Below, piece by piece: positions 20,268 through 30,448 of a stretch of 64,000 nucleotides of DNA. The stretch's first letter is position 1. The number at the start of each line of letters is the position of its first letter. The stretch spans positions 32,001-96,000 of the forward strand of contig JBJOKS010000005.1 in assembly GCA_046045965.1 (NCBI GenBank), read 5' to 3'. The stretch comes from Cyanobacteriota bacterium (GTDB lineage: Bacteria; Cyanobacteriota; Cyanobacteriia; Cyanobacteriales; Nostocaceae). The position numbers and the translations under genes were made by a program. Under the pieces are notes generated by a model. That model worked only from the letters and a program-made list of their open reading frames with translations, made no database searches and was not told where the DNA came from.

Positions 20268-21902
20268 ATGGTAATTCTACACACATTATCAGATTTTATT
20301 AACCCAAATATTGCAATTACTCCCACATCTCCCAGCTATTATTATGAGGGAAAATGTCCTCAAACTGGGGAAGTGCTGAAATTACCCCGCACCGCTTTAA
20401 GTGAAGCTATAGCTAAAGGTTTAATGCAACAAATATGTCAAGATCAAATTTATAACCATGAAGGTAAAATGTATGGGATTTTATTAGTTGAATTACCCAA
20501 CGGTGAACAAAGAATTATTAAAGCATTTTCCGGTCTTTTGCATGGTTGTAGTGTAGTAGAAGGTTGGGTGACACCTATTCCCGGACGTGAAGAAGTTGCT
20601 TTAGTAGAAACTCACACTTTAACTGAATTGGAAAAAATTAAACAAGAAATAATTACTCTCAAACAAATTCCAGAAAGAGAAGAATATGCAACTTTAGCTG
20701 CTGAATTTAAACAGCAGTTACAAATAATGAATTTACAACATCATCAAAGTCAACAACAACGACAGGAAAAACGTCAACAATACCAGCAAAACCTCACAGG
20801 AGAAACCCTAGAAATTGCTTTAGCAGAATTAGAAGCCGAAAGCCGTCAGCAGGGAATTGAGAGAAAATATCTCAAACGTTATCAAAATCAAATTCTACAG
20901 CCTTTACAAGAGCTAATCACAGCCGCAGATGACAAAATTAGAGAACTCAAACAACAGCGAAAAGAACTATCAAGACAACTGCAAACACAAATGCACGAAG
21001 CTTATAGATTAACTAATTTTTATGGAAAATCTCTATCTTTACAACAATTACTACCAGGAGGAACACCCACAGGAACAGGGGAATGTTGCGCTCCTAAATT
21101 GTTACATTATGCTGCAACTCATCAATTAAAACCTCTCGCAATGGCAGAATTTTGGTGGGGTGAATCTTCAGTACAGGATAAAATTCAAGGAGAATTTTAC
21201 GGTGCTTGTGTAGAAAGATGTCAACCTTTAATGGGGTTTTTGCTATCAGGTTTAAAAACCAAACTTGCTGATTTTCAAAAGTTAGAAATTATTTATGAAG
21301 ATCAATGGTTAATTGCTGTGAATAAACCTCCAGGATTATTATCTGTACCTGGACGTTATCATTATAATCAAGATAGTGTTCTCAGTCGGTTACGAAATTT
21401 GTATGATCTGGAATTGATGAGTGTACATCGTTTAGATCAAGAAACTTCTGGTATTTTGATCTTAGCACGAGATCAAAGCACCTATTCACAACTAAATCAA
21501 CAATTTGCCAAAGGACAAATACATAAAATTTATGAAGCCGTTCTTGCAGGTTCACTCACCATAAACCAAGGTATAATTGATTTACCATTGTGGGGAAATC
21601 CTGAAAACAGACCTTATCAAAAAGTTGATTTTGAACGAGGTAAACCCAGTGTAACCGAGTTTCGAGTTATCGGAAAACAAGGAAATTACACCCGTGTAGA
21701 ATTTATTCCCCTCACAGGAAGAACCCATCAATTACGAGTTCATGCTGCGGATGTGCGAGGATTGGGAGCAAAAATTTTAGGCGATCGCTTATATGGTTGC
21801 AATGCGGATGCTAGTCGATTACATCTACACGCCAGAGAAATCACTTTTCAACATCCACATTTAGGCGTAAATCTGCATTTACAGACAAAAACACCATTTT
21901 AA
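20268..21902 (+). CDS. RluA-family pseudouridine synthase with long N-terminal extension
   Basis: VNKPPGLLS, VHRLDQETSG, TGRTHQLRVH. Confidence 0.9.
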   Translation: MVILHTLSDFINPNIAITPTSPSYYYEGKCPQTGEVLKLPRTALSEAIAKGLMQQICQDQIYNHEGKMYGILLVELPNGEQRIIKAFSGLLHGCSVVEGWVTPIPGREEVALVETHTLTELEKIKQEIITLKQIPEREEYATLAAEFKQQLQIMNLQHHQSQQQRQEKRQQYQQNLTGETLEIALAELEAESRQQGIERKYLKRYQNQILQPLQELITAADDKIRELKQQRKELSRQLQTQMHEAYRLTNFYGKSLSLQQLLPGGTPTGTGECCAPKLLHYAATHQLKPLAMAEFWWGESSVQDKIQGEFYGACVERCQPLMGFLLSGLKTKLADFQKLEIIYEDQWLIAVNKPPGLLSVPGRYHYNQDSVLSRLRNLYDLELMSVHRLDQETSGILILARDQSTYSQLNQQFAKGQIHKIYEAVLAGSLTINQGIIDLPLWGNPENRPYQKVDFERGKPSVTEFRVIGKQGNYTRVEFIPLTGRTHQLRVHAADVRGLGAKILGDRLYGCNADASRLHLHAREITFQHPHLGVNLHLQTKTPF

Positions 21903-21929
21903 TTCGTAATTCATAATTGAGTTATTAAC

Positions 21930-21969
<40 letters not shown>

Positions 21970-22036
21970 TCATTTACGAATGCCACCTTTATCGGTAAAC
22001 TCTTATATTGCATATTCAAAACTGGAGATCAAAACT

Positions 22037-22675
22037 TTGGGCATAGAATTACGCAGTTTCGTATTTCTAGACAATCTGCAACCGCAACACGCCGCATATA
22101 TGGGAACAGTAGCCCAAGGTTTCTTACCATTACCAGGGGATACATCCCTGTGGATTGAAATCTCACCCGGTATCGAAATCAATAAAATTACAGACGTAGC
22201 CCTCAAATCTGCCTCTGTCCGTCCGGGAGTACAGGTAGTAGAAAGGCTGTATGGACTCTTAGAAGTACATTCTGGTTCTCAAGGGGAAACACGAGCCGCA
22301 GGCCAAGCTATTTTAGCCATGCTGGGAGTGAAAAAAGAAGACTGTCTCAAACCCCGTGTGGTTTCTAGCCAGATTATTCGCAACATTGACGCTTACCAAA
22401 CCCAACTCATCAACCGTACCCGTCGCGGACAGCTACTACTCGCAGGACAAACCCTGTACGTTTTAGAAGTTGAACCAGCGGCTTATGCAGCCCTAGCAGC
22501 CAACGAAGCTGAGAAAGCAGCACAAATCAACATTTTAGAGGTGCAAGCTGTAGGCAGCTTTGGCCGACTTTATTTAGGCGGGGAAGAACGGGATATTTTA
22601 GCCGGTGCAGCGGGAGCTTTAGCCGCGATTGAAAATGTACCAGGCCGCACACCACAAAGTCAGCGTCAGGAATAG
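22037..22675 (+). CDS. ccmP: Carboxysome shell protein CcmP (tandem BMC)
   Basis: (M)[20 protein letters not shown]...[10 protein letters not shown]...[12 protein letters not shown] start 22037 after GGAG. Confidence 0.9.
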   Translation: MGIELRSFVFLDNLQPQHAAYMGTVAQGFLPLPGDTSLWIEISPGIEINKITDVALKSASVRPGVQVVERLYGLLEVHSGSQGETRAAGQAILAMLGVKKEDCLKPRVVSSQIIRNIDAYQTQLINRTRRGQLLLAGQTLYVLEVEPAAYAALAANEAEKAAQINILEVQAVGSFGRLYLGGEERDILAGAAGALAAIENVPGRTPQSQRQE

Positions 22676-22686
22676 AAGGAGAGAAA

Positions 22687-23493
22687 ATGGCAAGTCGAGA
22701 GCATTTAACTTTACTCCAAGCAGGTGCAGTCACCTGGACAGGATGGAGAAAAGAAAACCCCGAAATTGAAATTGACCTGAGTACCGCTAATTTAGAAGGA
22801 GAAAACTTTCGTGGTGCAAATCTCCAAGGTGTGAATTTAAATAAGGTAAATTTAAGTCACGCTTTGCTAGTGCGAACAAATTTGAGTGGTGCAAATTTAA
22901 GTAGTGCTAATCTGTCTCAAGCCAAGTTGATAGAAGCTAACCTCTCTCAAGCTAATTTGACTATTGCTAATTTACAAGGTGTAATCTTAACACAGGCAAA
23001 TTTAAATCAGGTTATTTTAATTGGTGCTGATTTGAGAGATGCAAATCTCAGAGGTGCAGTTATTACAGATGCTAATTTAATTGGGACTGATTTGAGCTAC
23101 GCTAATTTAAAAGATACCGATTTAGCAGGATCGCAACTCATCCGCAGTAATCTGAGTTTTGCTAATTTGATTGGTGCTAATTTAATTTCTGCTAACTTGA
23201 GTGAAGCCAATTTATATGAAGCCGAAATAATGCAAGCTTACCTTTACCAAGGTAATTTGTATAAGGCTAATTTAACGAAATCACATTTAGGAAGTTCATA
23301 CTTATTTAGAGCTAATTTAATAGAGGCTAATTTAACAAATGCTGATTTAACTTGGGCTAATTTAAAGTATGCAAATTTAGCAGGTGCTAATTTAACAGGT
23401 GCTAACCTCAAGGGTGCGAATTTAACAGGTGCTAACCTCAAGGGTGCGAATTTACAAGATGCAATTATGCCAAGTCTTTTAGAGTGTGATTAG
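22687..23493 (+). CDS. Pentapeptide repeat protein
   Basis: A(N/D)LxX repeats throughout. Confidence 0.95.
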   Translation: MASREHLTLLQAGAVTWTGWRKENPEIEIDLSTANLEGENFRGANLQGVNLNKVNLSHALLVRTNLSGANLSSANLSQAKLIEANLSQANLTIANLQGVILTQANLNQVILIGADLRDANLRGAVITDANLIGTDLSYANLKDTDLAGSQLIRSNLSFANLIGANLISANLSEANLYEAEIMQAYLYQGNLYKANLTKSHLGSSYLFRANLIEANLTNADLTWANLKYANLAGANLTGANLKGANLTGANLKGANLQDAIMPSLLECD

Positions 23494-23685
23494 AATCAGC
23501 AAAGTATATTGCCAGTAACGATAAGTTATTTATATCTAATTTTGGCAAAAAAGATTTTCCTCTACTTTTTAATCAAAATTATTGAGAATTTCTCGCAAAT
23601 ACCCCAACGATTTTACTAGGGTCTTGACTTCTTGACTGGTTATGGTAATATGCTATTTAAATAATCCAAGGGTTTATTATATCTA

Positions 23686-23852
23686 ATAGCATTTCTTTAT
23701 GAGGCTGCGCCGAATTTCCTCACCTTGTCTTTCCTTCTCTGCGTCGCGCCAGTTGCTACAAGTCGGGGAACCCGCCCATCGCACTGGCTTCTCTGCGTCT
23801 CTGCGGTTAGTTTATCTTTAAAATTGAGCGCATCTTTATACAGAATTGGTAT
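23686..23852. mobile_element. MITE-like element with ~25-bp imperfect terminal inverted repeats
   Basis: ATAGCATTTCTTTATGAGGCTGCGC vs reverse complement of the right end ATACCAATTCTGTATAAAGATGCGC (19/25). Confidence 0.6.
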
Positions 23853-24058
23853 AAGTCAGGATTGATGGTTTGCACCACGCTACGCTATCAGACAAAAAAC
23901 CAATCCTAAAAATCCTGATATGGTTTGCATCACGCTACGCTATCAGACAGAAAATAAATAAGAGTTATCCTAAATTAAGTCCTGGTGATAATTACACAAT
24001 ATAAGAGGTAAATATTATCACGATTACTTTGTATCCTAAAATAAAATAGGAGTTCTGG

Positions 24059-27000
24059 ATGCAGAATATTTTAGCTTTTAATTACTATATACCCCACGGA
24101 CATTGCTATTTATGGCAAACTCCCCTGGTAGCATTGCATTTAGTGAGTGATGGGTTAATTGCGATCGCCTATTTTTCCATCCCAGCAATGCTGATCTATT
24201 TTGTCAGCAAGCGCGGTGACATTCCCTTTTCCAAAGTTTTTATATTATTCGGTGCCTTTATTGTCCTCTGTGGTACGGGTCATCTCCTGGATATTTGGAC
24301 ACTATGGCATCCAGATTACTGGGTTACTGGCATTGAAAGGGCTTTCACAGCTTTAGTTTCTTGCTATACAGCCTTACAATTAGTCGAACTGCTGCCACAA
24401 TTTTTATCATTGCGAACACCAGACCAACTAGAAACCATCAACCAGGAATTAGAACAGCAAATAGCAGAACGAGAAAATACAGAAGAAACCCTGAGAATGA
24501 TTGTAGCGGGAACTGCCTCTGTAACTGGTGACGATTTTTTTCCGGCTTTGGTAAAGAACCTAGCCGCAGCTTTAGATGTAAGTTATGTTTTGTTGTCGGA
24601 GAAAGCTGATAGTTCTCTACAAAGCTTGCGAACCCTGGCTATGTGGTCAGTGGATAATTTCTCAGAAAACATTGAATATGATTTAGCTGGTACTCCTTGC
24701 AAAGTTGTAGTTGAGGAGAAATTGCTGTGTTCTTATGAAAATAGCCTACAGGATTTGTTTCCCAATGCCTCATTGCTCCAACAAATTAATGCCCAAAGTT
24801 ATGTAGGTGTACCATTACTGAATCTAAATCAAGAAGTAATTGGTAATCTCTGCATTATTGATGTTAAAACCTTCCACACAGACGAGCGAACCAAAGCACT
24901 TCTGAGCGTCTTCGCTGCTAGAGCTGCTGCTGAACTACAACGTAAATGGGCAGAAGATGAAAAACGCCAAGCTTACGAAGATTTGGAATTTCGAGTTAAG
25001 GAACGCACGACGGCACTTGTAGCTACTAATAAAACCCTAGAAACTGAAATTAGTGAACGTATCGCCGCAGAAGCCTCCATGAGAGTGATGGCAGAAAGGG
25101 AAAAAGCCATCAACGGCATCATTTTACGAATGCGACAGACCCTCAATATAGAATCTATTTTCAATGTCACCACCACAGAATTAAGACAAGCAGTAAGTTG
25201 CGATCGCGTCCTCATATATCGTTTCCAACCAGACTGGAGTGGAGAATTAGTCTCTGAGTCTGTGAGTGAAAATTGGAATATTATACTACCCGCACGGGCA
25301 AATGATCCCAAACTGACCCAGAAAGCTATAGATCGACCGGACTGTGTGACAACTCAACTGAGCAGTGCGGAGATTTTAAGCCGTGATACTTATTTACAGG
25401 ACAATAAAGGCGGGACATTACGCCAAAAAAACAGCTATTGCTGTGTGAGCGACATCTACACCGCAGGATTTGATTCCTGCTATCTTAATCTTTTAGAAGA
25501 ATTACAAGCAAGAGCTTATATTATTACCCCCATCTTTTGTAAACAGCAAATTTGGGGTTTGTTAGCAGTGTATCAAAATGGTGAACCCCGACAATGGCAA
25601 CAAGCAGAAATAGGAATTGTCACCCAAATAGGTAATCAGCTAGGGGTAGCAGTCCAACAAGCAGAACTATTTGCTCAAACTCAGCAACAAGCAGAAGAAC
25701 TCAAAGTAGCTAAAGATGCAGCAGACAAGGCTAACCGGGCAAAAAGTGAGTTTCTAGCGAATATGAGCCATGAACTGCGTACCCCCCTCAACGCTATTCT
25801 GGGTTTTACTCAATTAATGCAGCAGGATCAATCCTTAGCTGTTGGCCATCGCAGGTATATTGAAATCATTAACAACAGTGGTGAACATCTATTATCACTG
25901 ATTAATGATGTACTAGAGATGTCAAAAATCGAAGCTGGAAGAATCACACTCTATGAAACAGACTTTGATTTACACAAATTGCTCTCTAGTTTAGCAGCCA
26001 TGCTGCAACTAAAAACACAATCCAAGGGAATACAACTGACTTTTGATGTAAATCCTTCAGTACCACAGTACATCAAAACCGATGAGAATAAACTGAGTCA
26101 AGTATTAATCAATCTGTTAGGTAATGCCATCAAATTTACTGAACAAGGTAGTGTCACCCTGCGAGTTACAAAAGAGGCAGGGAGCAGAAGCACAGACCAG
26201 GGGGAAAAATATCTATCACCTCTTCAAAGTCCCCAATTCCCAATCACCAATCTTTGGTTTGAAGTTGAAGACACAGGTCCAGGAATTGCCCCAGAAGAAC
26301 TTGGTCATTTATTTCAAGCATTTGAGCAAACACGAGCCGGACAGAAATCTAAACAAGGTACAGGTTTGGGGCTAAAGATTAGTCAGAAGTTTGTAGAGTT
26401 GATGGGCGGTGAAATTGCTGTTAGTAGTAAACTAGGTGAAGGTAGTTGTTTCCGGTTTTACATTCAGGCTGGTTTAGCTCCAGCAATTCCCACTACTAAT
26501 TCATTTACCCCAGATGATGTAGTTAGCATTGTTCCGGGGCAGAAATATCGAATTTTGATTGTTGAAGATAATGGTACTAACCGATTGCTACTAAGTAAAA
26601 TTCTCAAAGATATCGGGCTGGAAGTGCAGGAAGCTGAAAACGGACAAATTGCGATCGCTCTCTGGCAGCAATGGCAACCTCACCTCATTTTTATGGATAT
26701 GCAAATGCCGATCCTCGATGGTTATGCCGCTACTCGACAAATTCGCCTTTGGGAACAAGAACGGGAACAAGAATTAGCACCAGGGCAAATTTCCCACACC
26801 ACAAAAATTATCGCCTTGACTGCCAGCGCCTTTGCTGAACAGCGAGAGGACAGCTTGGCCGCAGGTTGTGACGACTTTGTTAGCAAACCATTCCGCAGAG
26901 AAGAAATTTTAGCAACTTTGTCTCACCATTTACAAATAAAATACTTGCATAAACCAACTGCCACAAATCAGATCACCCCTAACTCATTAGAACACCAACC

Positions 27001-27211
27001 AGAGTTTATTCTTGATACCCATGCCTTGGATATTATGCCAGATGAATGGATCGCTCAATTATATTTCGCCGCAGCCCAAGGAAACGATACCAGATGTCTT
27101 CACCTCATTGAGCAAATCCCACCGGAACATACTTTGTTAATTGCAGCTTTAAACATATTGATTGAAACCTATCAGTTTGACCACTTGATGCAACTAACTC
27201 AACCAAAATAA
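24059..27211 (+). CDS. Hybrid histidine kinase: ethylene-binding-like TM domain, GAF, cyanobacteriochrome GAF, HisKA/HATPase, receiver
   Basis: SDGLIAIAYFSIP...FIVLCGTGHLL (ETR1-like); RDTYLQ...DIYTAGFDSCY; SHELRTPLN; IFMDMQMP. Confidence 0.9.
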   Translation: MQNILAFNYYIPHGHCYLWQTPLVALHLVSDGLIAIAYFSIPAMLIYFVSKRGDIPFSKVFILFGAFIVLCGTGHLLDIWTLWHPDYWVTGIERAFTALVSCYTALQLVELLPQFLSLRTPDQLETINQELEQQIAERENTEETLRMIVAGTASVTGDDFFPALVKNLAAALDVSYVLLSEKADSSLQSLRTLAMWSVDNFSENIEYDLAGTPCKVVVEEKLLCSYENSLQDLFPNASLLQQINAQSYVGVPLLNLNQEVIGNLCIIDVKTFHTDERTKALLSVFAARAAAELQRKWAEDEKRQAYEDLEFRVKERTTALVATNKTLETEISERIAAEASMRVMAEREKAINGIILRMRQTLNIESIFNVTTTELRQAVSCDRVLIYRFQPDWSGELVSESVSENWNIILPARANDPKLTQKAIDRPDCVTTQLSSAEILSRDTYLQDNKGGTLRQKNSYCCVSDIYTAGFDSCYLNLLEELQARAYIITPIFCKQQIWGLLAVYQNGEPRQWQQAEIGIVTQIGNQLGVAVQQAELFAQTQQQAEELKVAKDAADKANRAKSEFLANMSHELRTPLNAILGFTQLMQQDQSLAVGHRRYIEIINNSGEHLLSLINDVLEMSKIEAGRITLYETDFDLHKLLSSLAAMLQLKTQSKGIQLTFDVNPSVPQYIKTDENKLSQVLINLLGNAIKFTEQGSVTLRVTKEAGSRSTDQGEKYLSPLQSPQFPITNLWFEVEDTGPGIAPEELGHLFQAFEQTRAGQKSKQGTGLGLKISQKFVELMGGEIAVSSKLGEGSCFRFYIQAGLAPAIPTTNSFTPDDVVSIVPGQKYRILIVEDNGTNRLLLSKILKDIGLEVQEAENGQIAIALWQQWQPHLIFMDMQMPILDGYAATRQIRLWEQEREQELAPGQISHTTKIIALTASAFAEQREDSLAAGCDDFVSKPFRREEILATLSHHLQIKYLHKPTATNQITPNSLEHQPEFILDTHALDIMPDEWIAQLYFAAAQGNDTRCLHLIEQIPPEHTLLIAALNILIETYQFDHLMQLTQPK

Positions 27212-27398
27212 ACAGGTTACAGGCTTCGCCGTGAGCGTTAGCCATACGGTTACAGTTATCAGTTAAGTGGGTAGGAACAGTTAAACATAATTATGTGAAG
27301 AAAAATTAACGAAGCTCAAACCCTCTTCCCTCCTGCCTCCTGCCTCCTGCCTCCTGCCCCCTGCCTCCTGCCCCCTGCACCCTACCCTCACCAAATTC

Positions 27399-27890
27399 AT
27401 GAATAATCACAGTACATCAGCGCAAATTTCCCCACCAGCTATTCAAACTAATATTCTGGTTGTTGATGATCTTCTAGAAAATGTTCGTCTCCTCTCTAGC
27501 ATTTTGGAGCGTCATGGATACCAAACCCGTAAAGCAATTAGTGGGGAAATGACTCTAACTACTGTGCAAGCATCTCCACCCAGTCTAATTTTGTTAGATA
27601 TCAGAATGCCTGGTATGAGTGGCTATGAAGTTTGTCAACTATTAAAATCAAACCCGAAAACTGCCCATATTCCCATCATTTTCTTAAGTGCATCTGAGGA
27701 TATTGCTGATAAAGTACAAGCTTTTCAAGTAGGTGGTGCAGACTATATTACTAAGCCATTTTATATAGAAGAAGTTTTGGCACGGGTTGAACATCAGTTA
27801 ACCATTATTCAAGCTCGACAAACAATTTGTGATCTAAATGCAAAGCTGGAAGAACTTACCAATTTGCTCAACTCAAACTTATGCAGTTAA
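27399..27890 (+). CDS. Response regulator (receiver plus short coiled coil)
   Basis: ILVVDD, LILLDIRMP, DYITKPF. Confidence 0.9.
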   Translation: MNNHSTSAQISPPAIQTNILVVDDLLENVRLLSSILERHGYQTRKAISGEMTLTTVQASPPSLILLDIRMPGMSGYEVCQLLKSNPKTAHIPIIFLSASEDIADKVQAFQVGGADYITKPFYIEEVLARVEHQLTIIQARQTICDLNAKLEELTNLLNSNLCS

Positions 27891-28101
27891 TTGATGAAAT
27901 TTTAGCATGACAGGAGTCAGGAGTCAGGAGTAAAAGCGTTTTTTAGCACGAGTTTCATGATTAATTGATGTGCCGGTGCGAGGAAGTCAGCACTATTATA
28001 TACACATATACTATAATGGTAATACAATTAAATTTTTTTTTTGTTTTAATCCATTTAATTGAAATTCCCTTAATTTAAGTCGAAGACCATAGGATAATAA
28101 T

Positions 28102-29388
28102 ATGTCAATACAGGTTAAAACATTTCTAGCCGACATCCTCATTGTCGATGACAAGCTAGAAAATATTCGCTTTTTATCTGATTTTTTATCTAAACATAAT
28201 TATCAAGTTCGCAAAGCTATCAACGGACAGGCTGCATTAATGGCGGTTAAAACACTGTCCCCCGATTTAATTCTACTAGATATCAATATGCCAGGAATGG
28301 GAGGTTATGAGGTATGCGAATTTTTAAAGAATGATTACAAAACCAGGTCAATTCCTGTTATTTTCTTAAGTGCTGGTGATGACGTTAGTGATAAAGTCAG
28401 AGCATTTCAAGTTGGAGGAATTGACTACATTACTAAACCATTTTATTTAGATGAAGTTTTGGTAAGAATTCAGACTCAGTTAAATATCAAACACCTCCAG
28501 AAAGAGTTAGAATCTCGTAATGAACAGCTACAAAATACCCTCGTAGCTTTACAAAAAACTCAAGCTGAACTAATTCAAAAAGAAAAGCTAGTTAACGCAG
28601 GTCGAATTGCTGCGGGAATTTCTCATGAAATTAACAATCCTCTGAGTTTTATTATTGGTAATCTTCGTCCTGCATCTGAATATAGTCAAAAACTGATTGG
28701 TTTAATTCAGCTTTATCAACAAGCATTCCCAGAAGCTACTCCAGAAATTATCAATTTTATTAATGAGATTGATTTAGATTTTATTAATTATGATTTTATT
28801 AAAATTATTGATTCCATGCACGTGGGAGCAGAAAGAATTCGTTCGGTTATTCAAGCTTTACATATTTTCTCTCGTCTGGATCAGTCAGGAATTAAACCGT
28901 TTGATATTCATGAAAGTATAGATAGTATTTTCATGACACTAGGCTATCAGCTTGGGTTAAAAAATGGTTCAGTTAATATTGAAATTATTAAGGATTATCA
29001 AGATAATATACCAGAGATATTGGGATATGGAAACCTATTCAATCAAGCTGTGCTAAATATTTTACAAAATGCTATTGAGGCACTTGAATTAAGACTAAAT
29101 TCAAATCTTGATGTTTCATTTAAACCTACAATCTGGATTAATACTCAAATCAGTCTGAAAAATAAAATAAAAATCAGCATCAAAGACAATGGTATAGGTA
29201 TTACTGAAGCAAATAAACCTCATATATTTGAGCCATTTTTTACTACCAAATTAGTAAAACAAGGAGTAGGATTAGGTTTATTTACTAGCTACCAAATCAT
29301 CAATGATATTCACAAAGGTAGTTTGATGTATCAAGACTGTCCTGAAGGATGTTCAGAATTTATTATTGAAATTCCTGTATCTAAGTAA
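28102..29388 (+). CDS. Receiver-histidine kinase hybrid
   Basis: ILIVDD, LLDINMP; SHEINNP; FFTTK..GVGLGL. Confidence 0.9.
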   Translation: MSIQVKTFLADILIVDDKLENIRFLSDFLSKHNYQVRKAINGQAALMAVKTLSPDLILLDINMPGMGGYEVCEFLKNDYKTRSIPVIFLSAGDDVSDKVRAFQVGGIDYITKPFYLDEVLVRIQTQLNIKHLQKELESRNEQLQNTLVALQKTQAELIQKEKLVNAGRIAAGISHEINNPLSFIIGNLRPASEYSQKLIGLIQLYQQAFPEATPEIINFINEIDLDFINYDFIKIIDSMHVGAERIRSVIQALHIFSRLDQSGIKPFDIHESIDSIFMTLGYQLGLKNGSVNIEIIKDYQDNIPEILGYGNLFNQAVLNILQNAIEALELRLNSNLDVSFKPTIWINTQISLKNKIKISIKDNGIGITEANKPHIFEPFFTTKLVKQGVGLGLFTSYQIINDIHKGSLMYQDCPEGCSEFIIEIPVSK

Positions 29389-29450
29389 TTCATAATTCAT
29401 AAATTTATAATTCATAATTTAAGTAAATATTAAGAGTTGTAAAGATAATC

Positions 29451-29476
29451 TAGACTCTATAGTAGACTAGAAGGTT
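29451..29476 (+). promoter_or_regulatory. MerR/CueR-like operator-promoter (TAGACT -35-like; ACTCTATAGT-AG-ACTAGAAGGT)
   Basis: Imperfect inverted repeat ending GAAGGT upstream of copper-related genes. Confidence 0.45.
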
Positions 29477-29523
29477 GAGGATAAATGTAACAGGACTCCC
29501 AGCCAAAAAGAGGTATAGGAGCT

Positions 29524-29742
29524 ATGGGGATGATGAATTTAGAATCTTTGGCAAATTCCCCTAACTTTGACCAGGAATTTTTGCGGAAGATGATTCATCA
29601 TCAGCAAATGTCTGTGAAAATGGCAAAAAAAGCTGCTGAAAATGCTAATGTGCCACAAATTCGCAATTTAGCTCAAGCTATGATCAAAACACAAACTGCC
29701 CAACTTCAGAAATTACAGCAGTTGTCTCCAGTTGAATCTTGA
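29524..29742 (+). CDS. Short DUF305/CopM-like protein (single half-domain, possibly truncated)
   Basis: FDQEFLRKMIHHQQMSVKMA...IRNLAQAMIKTQ. Confidence 0.65.
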   Translation: MGMMNLESLANSPNFDQEFLRKMIHHQQMSVKMAKKAAENANVPQIRNLAQAMIKTQTAQLQKLQQLSPVES

Positions 29743-29773
29743 TTTTTTGTTCACTCTCTTCTTTTTTAAAGTT

Positions 29774-29968
29774 ATGACAATCAAACTTACAGTTCCGGGA
29801 ATGGCTTGTTCTGCTTGTGCCAACAATATTACCAATGCGGTTAAGGCTGTAGATGCTAACGCTAACGTTGAAGCTGATCCCAAAACTAAACTTGTAAATG
29901 TAGATACTCAAGCTTCAGAAACTGCTATTAAAGAAGCTTTAGTTACTGCTGGTTATCCTCCAGCTTAA
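29774..29968 (+). CDS. Copper chaperone CopZ/Atx1 (HMA domain)
   Basis: MTIKLTVPGMACSAC...AGY. Confidence 0.9.
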   Translation: MTIKLTVPGMACSACANNITNAVKAVDANANVEADPKTKLVNVDTQASETAIKEALVTAGYPPA

Positions 29969-30103
29969 TAGTTGGGGACTGGGGAGATGGGGAGGGAGAA
30001 ATTTCTTCTATTCCCTATTTCCTACTCTAAGAGGTTGTTTTAAAAGTTTTGGATGGTGATGTTAGACACTTGCAGATCCCCCCTAACCCCCCTTATTAAG
30101 GGG

Positions 30104-30276
30104 GGAACTAGTGTGCTGCTTATTTTTATTCTTTATTTGTCACACTTTTCCCTAGTTTTTTTGTTGCCCAAGGTTTAGAACCTCATGTTTATTATGAAGT
30201 TGCTGCAATGGTTGTAACTTTAATTATTTTGGCACGTTTTTTGGAACATCGCGCCAAAAGCAGTTGTCTATCTTGA
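30104..30276 (+). pseudogene. Internal fragment of a Cu(I) P1B-type ATPase (CopA/PacS-like)
   Basis: Manual translation: GTS-(frameshift)-AAYFYSLFVTLFPSFFVAQGLEPHVYYEVAAMVVTLIILARFLEHRAK then stop; no start codon or remainder of the gene. Confidence 0.75.
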
Positions 30277-30448
30277 ATTAACACGGCAGATTTTCCTCAC
30301 TCTTGTTTTGATTATAACATCCGGCTTAGTATTGAGTAATAATTGATAATTACCAATTATGAATTATCCAGTACCGAAAATAACTGTTTTTATGAGCTTG
30401 GCATGATATTTCTAGATTAACCGCTTGACTACAAGTAAAACTCTAAAA

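Noticed and set aside
23392..23454. 30-bp exact tandem duplication in the pentapeptide gene
   Set aside because: Expected slippage within a repeat protein
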